64,000 nucleotides of DNA from an uncultured delta proteobacterium. Its GTDB lineage: Bacteria > Desulfobacterota > Binatia > UBA9968. The notes under the pieces are model-generated. The model saw only the letters and a list, made by a program, of their open reading frames with translations, was not told where the DNA came from and did no database searches. How positions within the stretch are numbered: the stretch's first letter is position 1; every line of letters starts with the position of its first letter. This document shows, piece after piece, positions 1 through 11,056 of the stretch. The DNA lies in the NCBI GenBank assembly GCA_963745835.1, contig CAVUZH010000014.1, forward strand, positions 32,001 to 96,000. The letters are read 5' to 3'. The position numbers and the translations under genes were made by a program.

Positions 1-199
1 GCGAACACCACCGGCATGCTTAAAGCCTGCTGCTAGAAGAGGTTCCGGCACAAGTATCCGGCTGCGCATGCCCAACCCTGGAAAATTTGGGCCACTGGGC
101 CACTCCGACATAACGCTAAACGTCGCGGGCTCGTCAGAGATTTAAAAATATGTCCACGGGCGGCTATAATTTACTGGCAGGCCTGACGGATGTTCCAAA

Positions 200-946
200 A
201 TGAGAAAGCTTTTAGTCTTACAGCATGTCGCGCATGAGATCCTCGGCACATTAAACCCACTGCTGAAGCGCGCTGGATTTCGTATTCGTTACGTCAACTT
301 CGGACGCCACCCGGAGGCGCGACCGAGCTTGGACGGATACCACGGACTAGTCGTCCTTGGCGGCCCCATGAGTGTTTACGAGGATCACCGGTTTCCCCAC
401 TTAATAACCGAGATGAAATTGATTGAAGATGCCATGCAACGAAATCTCCCGGTGCTGGGCATCTGCCTTGGCGCGCAACTGATCGCCAAGACACTGGGGG
501 CGGATGTCTACGCAAGCAAACAGAAGGAAATCGGCTGGTATGATCTACACACCGCGCCAGAAGCGGCCCAGGGATCTATTCTAAACTTGCTCGGTCAAAC
601 CGAGAAGGTTTTCCAATGGCATGGAGATACTTTTGACATCCCGGCTGGCGCGGTTCATCTCGCTACATCTACTCTTTGCGTCAACCAGGCGTTTCGCTAT
701 GGCGAAACGATTTACGGCTTGCAGTTTCACCTCGAAGTTGATGAGGCGATGATCCAGCGTTGGCTAAAGGTGCCAGAGAATCGGCACGAGATCGCCAAGC
801 TTCATAGCGGCATCGATCCGGATCACATTCATGCCGAAACTCCGCAATACATCGGGCGGCTGCACGAACTCAGTGAGCAAACCTTCAGCCAGTTCATCGG
901 CCTTTTCGGCTGGGAAAAGTTTAACGGGCGGAAATCTTCGGGATGA
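200..946 (+). CDS. Class I glutamine amidotransferase-like protein (GATase1)
   Basis: LGGPMSV, nucleophile elbow GICLGAQ, WHGD and QFHLE (His-x-Glu) motifs. Confidence 0.85.
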   Translation: MRKLLVLQHVAHEILGTLNPLLKRAGFRIRYVNFGRHPEARPSLDGYHGLVVLGGPMSVYEDHRFPHLITEMKLIEDAMQRNLPVLGICLGAQLIAKTLGADVYASKQKEIGWYDLHTAPEAAQGSILNLLGQTEKVFQWHGDTFDIPAGAVHLATSTLCVNQAFRYGETIYGLQFHLEVDEAMIQRWLKVPENRHEIAKLHSGIDPDHIHAETPQYIGRLHELSEQTFSQFIGLFGWEKFNGRKSSG

Positions 947-977
947 GCCGCTTCAGTTCCCCGTAAGCTCGAGCGCC

Positions 978-2411
978 CTACTCGGCGGTGAGCTTGTGCA
1001 CCAGTTCGTACAGCGATTGCATGCCTGAGCGCAGGCTATCCAGAGAGATTCTTTCGTTAACGCCATGCACTAGGCCTTCTTCTGAAGGGATATTGCGGAG
1101 CGGCATAAAGCCCAAACAGGAAATCCCTTTAGCGCGAAAGAAGTGGCAGTCCGTAAAGCCGCGCACCAGCGGCGCCACCACGGGAGCATCGTTATCGCGC
1201 GCTTTTGCCAATCCCTGTATCGCGCTCATCGCTTCCGGATCGGCAGGGGAGGCGGCCGCGGGGAAAGATAAGAGCACTTCGATCTTTATACTCTCATCGC
1301 CAATTACCCGCCGCACTTCGGCGATAAACGATTGAGGATCTTCGCCCGGCAGGAGTCGAGCATCGATATCGGCAGACGCCTGCGCCGGAATGACATTTAC
1401 CTTGTCCGATGCCCTCAGCCCCGTGACCGCAATCGTGTTTCTCACGCTCGCATTGTTACGCGGGTTATTGGTGAAATCCGCGGCAAAGGCCGGATCCTTG
1501 AGCGCGGTTCGCAGGTCTTGGTATTGTTGGCGGCGGCTCTCGGGCTCTCCAGCAGCGGTGTCGGCGAAGAACTTCTGCACCTCCGGCATAATTTTAATCG
1601 GCGTTTGATGAGCCAGAAGCCGTCCCAGGGCAAGCACTAACTTATCGACCGCGCCGTCTCTTCCGGGCGTCGAGCCATGGCCCGGTGCGCCAGTCGCAAT
1701 CAGCCGCAACCAGAGCGGGGTCTTTTCGGCGACGCTGACGCTGTAACTCTGCACCTTGCCATCTTTGCCCAAGCGTACTCCGCCACCTTCATTCAAAACC
1801 ACACCGACATTTGCAAACAAGTCCGGATGCTTTTCGAGTAAAAATCCAGCTCCTAGCGCGCCGCCCGCCTCTTCATCGGCAGTGCCGAGAAATATCACGT
1901 CGCCTCGTAGGGCGACATTGTTGCGCCTGAGCGCCAGGAGGGTCATCAGCTCGGCGATAGCGGGACCCTTCATATCGAGAGCACCGCGGCCCCAAATATA
2001 TCCGTCCTTGACGGAACCGCTGAACGGCGCTTCTTTCCACAGGTTGGCTTCCGCCGGTACCACATCCATGTGATTCAGCAGAATTACGGCTTTCTTCGCG
2101 CCGCTGCCCCGCAGTCTAGCGTAAATGTTGCCTCGTCCGGGCGCAGACTCGATGATTCGCGCTTCGATCCCTTCCCTGTCGAAGATCTCTTTAAAAAATT
2201 GCGCGGCTTTGGTTTCGTTTCCCGGTGGATTGGTGGTGTCTATTTGGATATAGCGGCTCAGTAGCGACACCGCCTCCTGTTCCAGCGCATTGGCAGGCAA
2301 AGATTTTTCTGCTGCCAAGCCGGCGCCGCTCAAAAACACAACCAGCAGAGTCATTCGAAACATTATCGACAGGGTGCGGCATCCGGATATTCTCACAATG
2401 CCTTCCTCCAA
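978..2411 (-). CDS. M20/M25/M40 family metallo-hydrolase, probably exported
   Basis: Full ligand set HMDVV, GRGALDMKG, DEE, NEGG, VHGVNER. Signal-like segment MFRMTLLVVFLSGAGLAA suggests the true start is slightly downstream. Confidence 0.85.
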   Translation of the reverse strand: MEEGIVRISGCRTLSIMFRMTLLVVFLSGAGLAAEKSLPANALEQEAVSLLSRYIQIDTTNPPGNETKAAQFFKEIFDREGIEARIIESAPGRGNIYARLRGSGAKKAVILLNHMDVVPAEANLWKEAPFSGSVKDGYIWGRGALDMKGPAIAELMTLLALRRNNVALRGDVIFLGTADEEAGGALGAGFLLEKHPDLFANVGVVLNEGGGVRLGKDGKVQSYSVSVAEKTPLWLRLIATGAPGHGSTPGRDGAVDKLVLALGRLLAHQTPIKIMPEVQKFFADTAAGEPESRRQQYQDLRTALKDPAFAADFTNNPRNNASVRNTIAVTGLRASDKVNVIPAQASADIDARLLPGEDPQSFIAEVRRVIGDESIKIEVLLSFPAAASPADPEAMSAIQGLAKARDNDAPVVAPLVRGFTDCHFFRAKGISCLGFMPLRNIPSEEGLVHGVNERISLDSLRSGMQSLYELVHKLTAE

Positions 2412-2441
2412 ACTGAGAATGTTCTCAACTGAGCACAGAGA

Positions 2442-3398
2442 TCAGTCAAAAAATCTCCTTGCCGCGTCGTCAATGGCACCGCGCTGACCCTCTGGATCAA
2501 ACCAGCGAATTTCTCGATCGCTATGAAACCAGGTGAGCTGCCGCTTGGCTAAACGCCGCGTGTCTCGCTTCATCAGATGCACCGCGTTGTCTAGAGACAT
2601 TCGATCCCGAAGAAACAGCCCAAGGTGGCGATAACCGACACTTTGCATGGGTTTCAAATCCAAGCCATAGCCCATCGCAACGAGCTTCTTGACTTCATCT
2701 AGGAGACCGGCTGCGATCATGAGCTCGCAGCGCCGGTCGATTCGATCATAGAGTTCACTGCGCTGCCGATCCAAACCGATTTGAAGCACGTCGAACAGCA
2801 AATCATTAAACCTGTGCTCGCTCTGCCACTCAGTGATTCTTCGTCCGGTCGCATCGTAAACTTCCAGCGCCCGGGTGATTCGCTGCCGGTCATTGGGGTG
2901 AATTCGCATAGCCGATTCTGGATCGACCTGCTCAAGCCGATGATAAAGCGCTCCGATTCCATGCTCCTCTATCTCCCATTCAAGCGCTTGTCTGATCTGC
3001 GGATCCCGTCCGGGTCCATCGAATAATCCTTTGGTGAGAGCTTTGATGTAGAGTCCGGTCCCGCCGCAAACAATAATCCTCTTCTTGCGATTGGCCAGCT
3101 TGTATGCGACCTCAGAGGCTAGATTGCGAAACATGGCAGCGTTGAACTCCTCGTCGGGATCGACGATATCGATCAAATGGTGCGCAATCTTTTCTCTTTG
3201 CTCGCTGGATGGCTTCGCCGTGCCGATATCCATGTGTCGGTAGACCTGTTGCGAATCAGCGCTGATAATCTCTGCGCCAAATTTCAACGCCAGATCCAAC
3301 ACTGTGTCGCTTTTGCCGACCGCTGTGGGGCCAAGAACAATGACGAGTTTGGGTTTCACTGCAGCCAAGTGACCGAATTGCGGCAACGGCAGACGCAA
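2442..3398 (-). CDS. miaA: tRNA dimethylallyltransferase
   Basis: GPTAVGKS, DSQQVYRHMDIGTAKP, GGTGLY, AKRQLTWF; directly downstream of mutL. Confidence 0.97.
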   Translation of the reverse strand: MRLPLPQFGHLAAVKPKLVIVLGPTAVGKSDTVLDLALKFGAEIISADSQQVYRHMDIGTAKPSSEQREKIAHHLIDIVDPDEEFNAAMFRNLASEVAYKLANRKKRIIVCGGTGLYIKALTKGLFDGPGRDPQIRQALEWEIEEHGIGALYHRLEQVDPESAMRIHPNDRQRITRALEVYDATGRRITEWQSEHRFNDLLFDVLQIGLDRQRSELYDRIDRRCELMIAAGLLDEVKKLVAMGYGLDLKPMQSVGYRHLGLFLRDRMSLDNAVHLMKRDTRRLAKRQLTWFHSDREIRWFDPEGQRGAIDDAARRFFD

Positions 3399-3413
3399 GA
3401 ATCGCCCGGCAGG

Positions 3414-5156
3414 CTATAACACCCGTTTAAACATCCGCTCCAGCTCTTCACGGCTGAACTCGAGCAGGACCGGCCGGCCGTGCGGGCATTGGGTCGCGAA
3501 GTCGGTGTCATCAAGATCCCGCAACAGGGCGCGCATCTCGTGCATTTCCAATTGGCGATTGGCACGAATAACGCTGTGGCAGGCGATGGTTGCCAAGCGC
3601 TCTTCCAAGTGCTGGCCCAGCTTCTCGGATTTGTCTATCTCTGCCAATTCCGCCACCATCTGGAGCACCACCGGCCGGTAGTCCCCTTCCGGCAATAGAG
3701 CGGGAACGGCGATGATCGCATACGAGTTGGGCCCAAAGGGCTCGAGCGTAAAGCCATAGCGCTCCAAGACATCGAGCTGTTTTTCTAGCAGCATCATTTC
3801 ACCGGCCGATAACTCGACCGTCTGATGAAGCAACAGTGTTTGTCGTTCCACTGCATTGGCGCGCATCTGCTTTCGTAGCCGTTCGAAGGCGACCCGTTCG
3901 TGCGCGGCGTGCTGGTCGATCAGCGCCAAACCCTGAGCAGATGAACAAATCAAATAACAGCCGAGAATTTGGCCGAGGACATTGAGCGAGGAAAAAAATC
4001 CTGGGTGCAATTGACCTGATTGCTTCGGAAGAACAAAAACTTCCCGGCTCGATTCTGAAACGAATGATTCCGCAGAAGTAAAGACTGAAGTCGCGTACGG
4101 CAAGACGCCTTCCATATTCGCAGAAGAGTATTGCGGCCACGGCGCAAAGCTGCGCCCGGATGGCTGTTGAGCCTTCGCTCTGAGAGCCTCGCGTATCGCG
4201 CGGGCAACGGCTTCATGCACGTCGGACTGACGGCGAAATCTTACTTCGTACTTGGCCGGGTGTACGTTGACGTCGATTTCGTCAAAGGGAATATCCAACA
4301 GCAGCACCACCGCGGGGTATTGGCCCTTCATCAAGAGAGTTTCGTAGCCGTGCAGAACCGCGTGTGTGAGGATCTTATCGCGGACATAACGGTGATTTAC
4401 AAACGTCATCAGATGACGCGAGTTCGGAAACGCCGTTGGAGCCGAGCTCAAGTAACCCCTGACAGAGAGGACGCCCTGCCTGTACTCGAACGGGCGTAAG
4501 GAGTCGGCGACTTCCCTTCCCAATACTTGGTACAAGCGTTCGCGCAACTCACGCACTGCGACAAAATCGATTAGAGTCTTTCCGTTATGTTCGAGACGGA
4601 AATGAATCTCAGGATAGGCGAGCGCCAGCCGGTTAACGATATCGCAAATGTGGCTAAACTCTGTAGGAAGAGATTTCAAAAACTTTCGCCGGGCCGGAAC
4701 ATTGTAAAACAGGTCTTTCAGCTCGATCATAGTACCCGTTGCGGCGGCAGCCATCTTGACCGAGATCTTGCCTTCGCCGTCAACGCGCAATCGGTAGGCG
4801 GAATCATAACCCGCCGGTCTGGAGGTGATCTCAAACCGAGATACCGAAGCAATGCTCGGCAACGCCTCGCCACGAAAACCCAATGTCGAAATCCGAAAAA
4901 GATCCTCGTCGCTGCGCAGTTTGCTGGTTGCATGGCGCTCAAGCGCAAGCGGCAGATCTTCGGGCGAGATGCCCTCGCCATCATCGGTTACCCGGATCAA
5001 GGACGTTCCGCTCTTCTCAATCGCGACTGTAATCTCGCTGGCTCCTGCGTCGATGGAATTTTCCAGCAGTTCTTTAACCACCGACGCCGGCCGCTCGACC
5101 ACTTCTCCTGCCGCAATACGGCTCGTCATTTCTTTCGAAAGAACTTGAATCTTCAT
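3414..5156 (-). CDS. mutL: DNA mismatch repair endonuclease MutL
   Basis: IAAGEVVERPASVVKELLENSIDAGA, GFRGEAL, DVNVHPAK, endonuclease motif DQHAAHERV, CPHGRP. Confidence 0.98.
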   Translation of the reverse strand: MKIQVLSKEMTSRIAAGEVVERPASVVKELLENSIDAGASEITVAIEKSGTSLIRVTDDGEGISPEDLPLALERHATSKLRSDEDLFRISTLGFRGEALPSIASVSRFEITSRPAGYDSAYRLRVDGEGKISVKMAAAATGTMIELKDLFYNVPARRKFLKSLPTEFSHICDIVNRLALAYPEIHFRLEHNGKTLIDFVAVRELRERLYQVLGREVADSLRPFEYRQGVLSVRGYLSSAPTAFPNSRHLMTFVNHRYVRDKILTHAVLHGYETLLMKGQYPAVVLLLDIPFDEIDVNVHPAKYEVRFRRQSDVHEAVARAIREALRAKAQQPSGRSFAPWPQYSSANMEGVLPYATSVFTSAESFVSESSREVFVLPKQSGQLHPGFFSSLNVLGQILGCYLICSSAQGLALIDQHAAHERVAFERLRKQMRANAVERQTLLLHQTVELSAGEMMLLEKQLDVLERYGFTLEPFGPNSYAIIAVPALLPEGDYRPVVLQMVAELAEIDKSEKLGQHLEERLATIACHSVIRANRQLEMHEMRALLRDLDDTDFATQCPHGRPVLLEFSREELERMFKRVL

Positions 5157-5381
5157 TCGATACTTTGTCCGGCCCTAGGCCTCATCTACGGCAATAGGAC
5201 ACCGTCAACTCGGTTCTAAAGTTTGGAAATGAGCAATGAATGTCTCAGACCCAGCTTTGATCGTTATGGATTTTAGTGATCCTGCGCGATTGTGTCATGC
5301 GACCAGTCGCGCTCAAACGATTCGACTAAGCAGACCGCGACAGAGCTAACGCGACCGCTGTCTAGAAAGGGCGCGTGTGCC

Positions 5382-5693
5382 TCAGCGATTTTCTTTTCGA
5401 ATAATCTCGTCCAGCTTCTTCCGGTCCGCGTCCAAAATTTTTTCCTTTGCGCGCGTATCATTCGAGCGACTACGGCTTTCATCTTTGTCTAAGCTGGGCA
5501 GGGTCTTGGCGGCGGGCTCAGCCTGATCTTCACCCGGCGCTAAACTCTTTGCAATCTCGTTCCAGTATAGCCAAACAAGGAAAGCTAGCGCCCAGATAAT
5601 CAGGGGCACAAGCACGAAAAGGAGAATAGTTTTAACCGCGCTTCTCTTCCTTATTTTCCTTGTTTTCCGTTTTGCCACGGTAGAACCGATCAC
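5382..5693 (-). CDS. Small single-pass membrane protein, hypothetical
   Basis: Basic N-terminus, one long hydrophobic helix, charged C-terminal helix; co-oriented between glpX and mutL. Confidence 0.65.
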   Translation of the reverse strand: MIGSTVAKRKTRKIRKRSAVKTILLFVLVPLIIWALAFLVWLYWNEIAKSLAPGEDQAEPAAKTLPSLDKDESRSRSNDTRAKEKILDADRKKLDEIIRKENR

Positions 5694-5712
5694 CTATCAA
5701 TTCACTGACTCT

Positions 5713-5820
5713 GCAGCGTGCTCAAATATTTCGAAAAATCGAGGAGCGGGAGCGTACTGCTCAGTACGTCGAACCGAGGGGATTGCGCCAACGAAGCCAA
5801 TGATTCTTCTGAGCGGGCTT
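5713..5820 (+). repeat. Degenerate copy A of a MITE/REP-like element
   Basis: Core GCGTAC-TGCTCA-GTACGT and GCGCCAACGAAGC match the copies at 27066 and 62938; imperfect inverted ends. Confidence 0.55.
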
Positions 5821-5821
5821 T

Positions 5822-6772
5822 TTAGTAATTCGGCTTATGATCGAAATAGTGGGTGGCGTTGATGATACGAATCGTGCGAGTCTTCGAGCGCATCACCACC
5901 GATTGCGTCGTCGCGCCACCGGGGAAAAAATGGACGCCATCGAGATAGTCGCCATCGGTGACCCCCGTGGCCGCGAACATCACGTCACCCGCGGCCAATT
6001 CCTCGATCGAAAACTTCTTCTTGATGTCGCTAACGCCCATTTTTTTTGCGCGCTCAATTTCTTCATTGTTGCGCGGCGCCAGGCGACCTTGAAATTCGCC
6101 GCCGACACAGCGCAACGCCGCCGCGGCGAGCACGCCTTCCGGCGCGCCGCCAATGCCAAGCAACAGATCGATGCCGGTTTCCGGCTTGGTCGTCGCAATC
6201 GCTGCAGAGACATCACCATCACCGATGAGACGAATCCGCGCTCCCGCCTGGCGCACTTCTTTGATGATCGCTTCATGTCTAGGGCGGGACAAAATGATAA
6301 CCGTGAGGTCCTCGATGTTGCAGCGTTTGGCTTCGGCCAGAGCCTGAAGATTCTGAGTCGGCGTTTTGTTCAAATCGACGACACCTTTACCGACTGGTCC
6401 GACGGCAATCTTCTCCATGTAGGTGTCCGGGCAGTGCAGCAGGTTGCCGCCGTCGGCCATGGCGATAACTGCCAAAGCATTAGGCGCTCCGGTGGCGCAA
6501 ATCGTCGTGCCTTCCAGTGGGTCCAGGGCGATATCGACTTTCGGACCGCCGGAACCGACCTTCTCGCCGATATAAAGCATCGGTGCTTCGTCGCGTTCAC
6601 CTTCGCCGATGACCACCGTGCCATCGATAGGCAGCGCATCAAACGCCCTGCGCATCGCGTCCACCGCCGCCTGATCTGCGGCCTTTTCATCTCCACGTCC
6701 GGTTAAACGAGCACAACTCAAGGCGGCCGCTTCGGTAACTCGGATCGCTTCCAAAGCTAAATTTCGGTCCAC
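5822..6772 (-). CDS. glpX: Class II fructose-1,6-bisphosphatase
   Basis: VTEAAAL, VIGEGERDEAPMLYIGE, DPLEGT, GGAPEGV, FAATGVTDG. Confidence 0.97.
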   Translation of the reverse strand: MDRNLALEAIRVTEAAALSCARLTGRGDEKAADQAAVDAMRRAFDALPIDGTVVIGEGERDEAPMLYIGEKVGSGGPKVDIALDPLEGTTICATGAPNALAVIAMADGGNLLHCPDTYMEKIAVGPVGKGVVDLNKTPTQNLQALAEAKRCNIEDLTVIILSRPRHEAIIKEVRQAGARIRLIGDGDVSAAIATTKPETGIDLLLGIGGAPEGVLAAAALRCVGGEFQGRLAPRNNEEIERAKKMGVSDIKKKFSIEELAAGDVMFAATGVTDGDYLDGVHFFPGGATTQSVVMRSKTRTIRIINATHYFDHKPNY

Positions 6773-7976
6773 GTTTGCCTCCCCTCGATTAACGCCTCCA
6801 TAAGCTTGAAGGCTTGCTTGGCGACCACGCCGGTTTTCGCAGCGTCCCTCTCATTGTATCCGACAGTGCCGTTATTGCGAGGCTCTTGCGGAGAATAAAG
6901 CACGAACGGCACTGGATCAGAAACGTGGGTCTTGAGCGCGATCGCAGTTGGATGGTCGGGCATCAATAGAACACGCCAATCTTTTCTGTGGGCCATGCCT
7001 TTGAGCACGGTACCGACAACTTTTCATCGAAATCCTCGAGCGCCTGGATTTTTTTCTCGACATCACCCATATGGCCGGCCTCATCGGTGGCTTCGACGTG
7101 GATGAAAACAAAATCGTTGTTCTCGAGCGATTTGACGCCGTACTCACCTTTGCCACGATAATTAGTATCCAAAAACCCGGTGATACCCGGCACATCTATC
7201 CTTTGGAGGCCAGCGTAGACGCCAAGACCGTGAATAATATCTACCGCGGAGATAACGCCGCCTTTGATGCCGAAGCGCTTCGTCAAAGGGGGCAGCGCCG
7301 GCGCCCGGCCTTGTCCCCACAACCAAATGCTGGTGGCGCTTCGTTGACCTTGAGTCTGTCGCGTTTGATTGACCGGGTGATCGGCGAGAACCGCCTGCGA
7401 AGCTTCCATGAGCTTAAGCAATCGATCAGCGCCATCGCCGTTGGGCATGAAGCCGGAAATTTTCTGATCGGTGATATCGTGCGGCGGGGTTGTTTGCATC
7501 TTTTCTTTGCCGTCGCGCCAAACCATCAGGTGCCGGTAGCTGACGCCGGGAAAGAACTCGATACCATCACCGCCAAGCGCGCCTGCCAGGTCGGCTATAA
7601 TCCTTCGAGCTTCTTCAGTGGTGATATGACCGGCGGTAAAGTCCTCCATCACGATATCACTGCCGCCGCCCCCCAAGGTAACCAGATTACAGCGGAACGC
7701 GATATCCTTGGGTCCAAGCGTAACTCCCATGCTGGCAGCTTCCAAAGGCGACCGGCCGGTGTGATACAGCGCAGGATCGTAGCCCATGATACTCATATTG
7801 CCGACGTCGCTGCCGGGCGGAAAGCCTTTCGGAATCACGTGAGCCAAGCCAAACACTCCGCGCGCCGCGAGCCAATCCATGTTCGGCGTCCTGGCAGCTT
7901 CGAGAGGAGTCTTGCCGCCAAGAACGCCGAGCGGATAGTCTGCCATGCCGTCACCCTGAAGAATGATGAATTTCAT
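6757..7976 (-). CDS. apgM: Cofactor-independent phosphoglycerate mutase-like protein (ApgM type), one frameshift near 7022
   Basis: GDGMAD, GKTPLEAA, PPGSDV, VSYRHL, HVEATDEAGH in one frame; PDHPT...THVSDPVP in the next. One extra A in the A-run restores DEKVVGTVLK. Confidence 0.88.
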
Positions 7977-8118
7977 TTTTGCTAATTTCATTTGATGAAA
8001 TCCTAACCGCATTGCTACTCAGTAGAAGTTGGGCACTCATGGATCGACAGTCATACCTTGAAACAAGCCACAGACGAACAGATCTATAACATCTCTGGCG
8101 CTCGATCGATGGCCCCTC

Positions 8119-9507
8119 TCATCTGGCGGCCCAAATCGGAAACCAAACAGGATCAACTACGATATAATCTCGAACGCGCACCGAATCCAGAGCGGCACGG
8201 ACTTGACGCAAGGTCGCTCGCTCGAGAGTTATCACGAAAGGCAAAAGTTCCTTGAAGTTTTCTTTTAGATTATAACTGAGGGCCAACGCTTGCCGCTCGT
8301 CGTCGCTGTGTCTGAGCTGCCAGATCTCTGCGATATTTACTCCAAGAGCGCCAAACGTTTGACCGATATCGCCAACGATGCCAGGTCGATCCTTGACGAT
8401 AAAACGAACATAGAAAGAGCCATCGATATCGTCTTGCGGCTGCAGCGCAAGTCTTCCCGGTTGCACCAGGCTCGGCAAGCCGGTAAACCACGCCTGTTGG
8501 GCTCGCGCCAATTCACAGACGTCGCCAAGTACGGCGACAGCCGTCGGACCACCGCCCGCGCCGGGACCGACCAGCACATAGTCGCAATCGCGATCCCGAC
8601 GTATGCCGCCGCTTTTTTTGCCATTAAAGCAGATTGCGTTAGTTGCGCCATCGATGTCGGCGAGGAGATTGCCGCGCGGCATCAAAACCGGAGAGACAAA
8701 CACCTGAACCGACGAGCCGATTCGCTTTGCCACCGCCAGATGTTTGATCGTGCTCGACCCGGTTCGTCCGGCGTAGCGAAAATCGACCGCATGAATATCT
8801 TCAATACCCTTGCGCCACGTGGTACCCGGCTGCAGTTGAAGCCCGAAGACCACCGAGCTCAATAACATTAACTTGGCTTCGGCGTCGCTGCCGCTTACGT
8901 CCGCCGTCGGATTGGTTTCAGCATAGCCTTTCTGCTGCGCCTCCTTGAGCGCTTCGGCATAGGGTTTGGCGGTCTTCTCCATTTGCGACAGGATGTAATT
9001 GCAGGTGCCGTTGACAATGCCAAAGACCGCTTCGGGTTCTTCGATCGCGAAGCTTTCAGTGAGCGATCGAATGACCGGAATGCCCCCGCCAACGCAAGCC
9101 TCGAAACGCAAGTGCCGTCCGCTCCGCTGCGCCGCTGCCCAGATTTCCGCGCCATAGCGCGCCAGTACCGCTTTATCGGAGGTCACCACCGATTTTCCGT
9201 TTTCGAAAGCGCGCAGGATGTAATCACGGAAAATCGCGAGATCGCCGGGCTCCTGAAATCCCAGCGCTTCTATGACGATTTCCACTGTAGGATCGTCAAT
9301 CACCTCGATTGCTTGCGAGGTGAAGAGCTCGGGACGATGCTTGAACCATTTTTTGCTATTGGGATTGCGAGTGTAGATCTTGCGGACGTCGAGTTCCAAA
9401 TCATCGCCGACTCTGCCCTGGGATCCGCCGAGAAGAGCGTCCTGAATGGCTTCGCCGACGACGCCGGCACCCAACAAACCGACGCCTATTTTACGCCGTG
9501 CAGTCAT
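8119..9507 (-). CDS. hom: Homoserine dehydrogenase with C-terminal ACT domain
   Basis: GLLGAGVVG Rossmann motif, FEACVGGGIP, GIVNGTCNYIL, GPGAGGGPTA, ACT motif DRPGIVG. Confidence 0.92.
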   Translation of the reverse strand: MTARRKIGVGLLGAGVVGEAIQDALLGGSQGRVGDDLELDVRKIYTRNPNSKKWFKHRPELFTSQAIEVIDDPTVEIVIEALGFQEPGDLAIFRDYILRAFENGKSVVTSDKAVLARYGAEIWAAAQRSGRHLRFEACVGGGIPVIRSLTESFAIEEPEAVFGIVNGTCNYILSQMEKTAKPYAEALKEAQQKGYAETNPTADVSGSDAEAKLMLLSSVVFGLQLQPGTTWRKGIEDIHAVDFRYAGRTGSSTIKHLAVAKRIGSSVQVFVSPVLMPRGNLLADIDGATNAICFNGKKSGGIRRDRDCDYVLVGPGAGGGPTAVAVLGDVCELARAQQAWFTGLPSLVQPGRLALQPQDDIDGSFYVRFIVKDRPGIVGDIGQTFGALGVNIAEIWQLRHSDDERQALALSYNLKENFKELLPFVITLERATLRQVRAALDSVRVRDYIVVDPVWFPIWAAR

Positions 9508-9557
9508 CGAAGTATGAAAGCTATTTGGAGTTCCGCCTGAGCCGTTTTAAGCGCGCG

Positions 9558-10736
9558 CTAATCCAGCAATCTACCGAGAGCGCGCTTGATGTTGCGAACC
9601 GCCTGCTTAGTTCGATGCTCGTTCTCGATCAAGGCGAATCGGACGTGATCGTCGCCATACTGTCCGAATCCGATGCCGGGGGATACCGCCACTTTGGCTT
9701 CTTGCAGGATAAATTTGGCAAATTCGATGGAACCCATTTTTTTCGCGGCTTGGGGAATTTCGGCCCATACGAACATCGTGCCCTTCGGTTTTCTGATCGG
9801 CCAACCGGCGCGGACGAGACCATCGATCAAGCAGTCGCGCCGTTTTTGATACATTGAGCGAATTTCCTCGACACAATCCTGCGGTCCGTTTAACGCCTGT
9901 ATGGCCGCGATTTGCACCGGCTGGAAGATCCCGTAGTCGAGATAGCTTTTGATCCGCGCTAGCGCATGAATGATATCTTTGTTGCCGACGGCGAAACCGA
10001 CGCGCCAACCTGGCATGTTGTAGCTTTTGGAAAGCGAGAAGAACTCTACCCCAACCTCCTTGGCTCCGGGTACCTGCAGAAAACTCGGCGCTCGATAGCC
10101 GTCGAATGTGAGATCGGCGTACGCCAAATCGTGTACAACGATTAGGTCGTACTCTTTGGCAAATTGGACGATGCGCTCAAAAAAGTCCAGTTCGACGACT
10201 TCAGTGGTCGGATTATGCGGGAAACTGATGATCAACATTTTCGGCTTGGGCCAGGTCTGCTTGATGGCTTCTTCGAGATGGCCGAAAAAGTCCTCACTGG
10301 TAATCAGCGGAATGCAACGAAGATCCCCTCCGGCCAGAACCACCGCATACTGGTGAATCGGATAAGTGGGGCTGGGGCACAACACCACGTCGCCGGGATC
10401 GATGGTGGCCCAGGCTAAATGAGACAATCCTTCTTTGGCGCCGATGGTGACGATGGCTTCGGCATCTGGATCGATATCGACCTGGTAGCGCCGCTGATAC
10501 CAATCTGAGATTGCCACGCGCAGTTTGTAGATGCCGCGCGACACCGAGTAACGATGGTTCTGCGGTTTGCTTGCCGCCTCGATAAGCTTTGCCACCACAT
10601 GGGGCGGCGTCGGCAGATCGGGGTTACCCATACCGAAGTCAACAATGTCTTCGCCGCGGTGACGCGCCTGCATCTTCATGCCATCGATGATGCTAAACAC
10701 ATACGGCGGCAGCCGCTTGATGCGCTGAAATTCCAC
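9558..10736 (-). CDS. alaC: PLP-dependent aminotransferase class I/II, AlaC type
   Basis: [45 protein letters not shown]. Confidence 0.88.
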   Translation of the reverse strand: MEFQRIKRLPPYVFSIIDGMKMQARHRGEDIVDFGMGNPDLPTPPHVVAKLIEAASKPQNHRYSVSRGIYKLRVAISDWYQRRYQVDIDPDAEAIVTIGAKEGLSHLAWATIDPGDVVLCPSPTYPIHQYAVVLAGGDLRCIPLITSEDFFGHLEEAIKQTWPKPKMLIISFPHNPTTEVVELDFFERIVQFAKEYDLIVVHDLAYADLTFDGYRAPSFLQVPGAKEVGVEFFSLSKSYNMPGWRVGFAVGNKDIIHALARIKSYLDYGIFQPVQIAAIQALNGPQDCVEEIRSMYQKRRDCLIDGLVRAGWPIRKPKGTMFVWAEIPQAAKKMGSIEFAKFILQEAKVAVSPGIGFGQYGDDHVRFALIENEHRTKQAVRNIKRALGRLLD

Positions 10737-11056
10737 TCGACGCTACCTCGTTTCTGGTGAAAAACCTTTCGTTGCTTTTATAGGCCATCGGCCATTCTGG
10801 CGCAACTTTAGACCACGCCAATTCTGACATGAAGCCGCCAAAAAGACACGCAGTTTCGGCGATCTAACCGTTTCGTCGGCAGTTGAAATCGTGATTATTG
10901 CTCCATCAACAAGATCGCAATTGCGCGATCAAGGCGCCAGCTGGACGGTGAAAGCATCGGAACGAAAAGCTTCATGACCTGCTTTGAGCCGGCTTCGCGC
11001 TCGGACTGTGTCCAGCTACCTGGAAGGCTCGGGCCTTTAATCACGTATCTGATTTG

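Noticed and set aside
1-199. Possible 5' end of a minus-strand gene at the window start
   Set aside because: Several candidate starts and too little sequence to recognise any motif.
4587-8865. Long + strand ORFs antisense to mutL, glpX, apgM and hom (and similar ones throughout the window)
   Set aside because: Shadow ORFs expected opposite GC-rich genes; no motifs or ribosome-binding sites noted.
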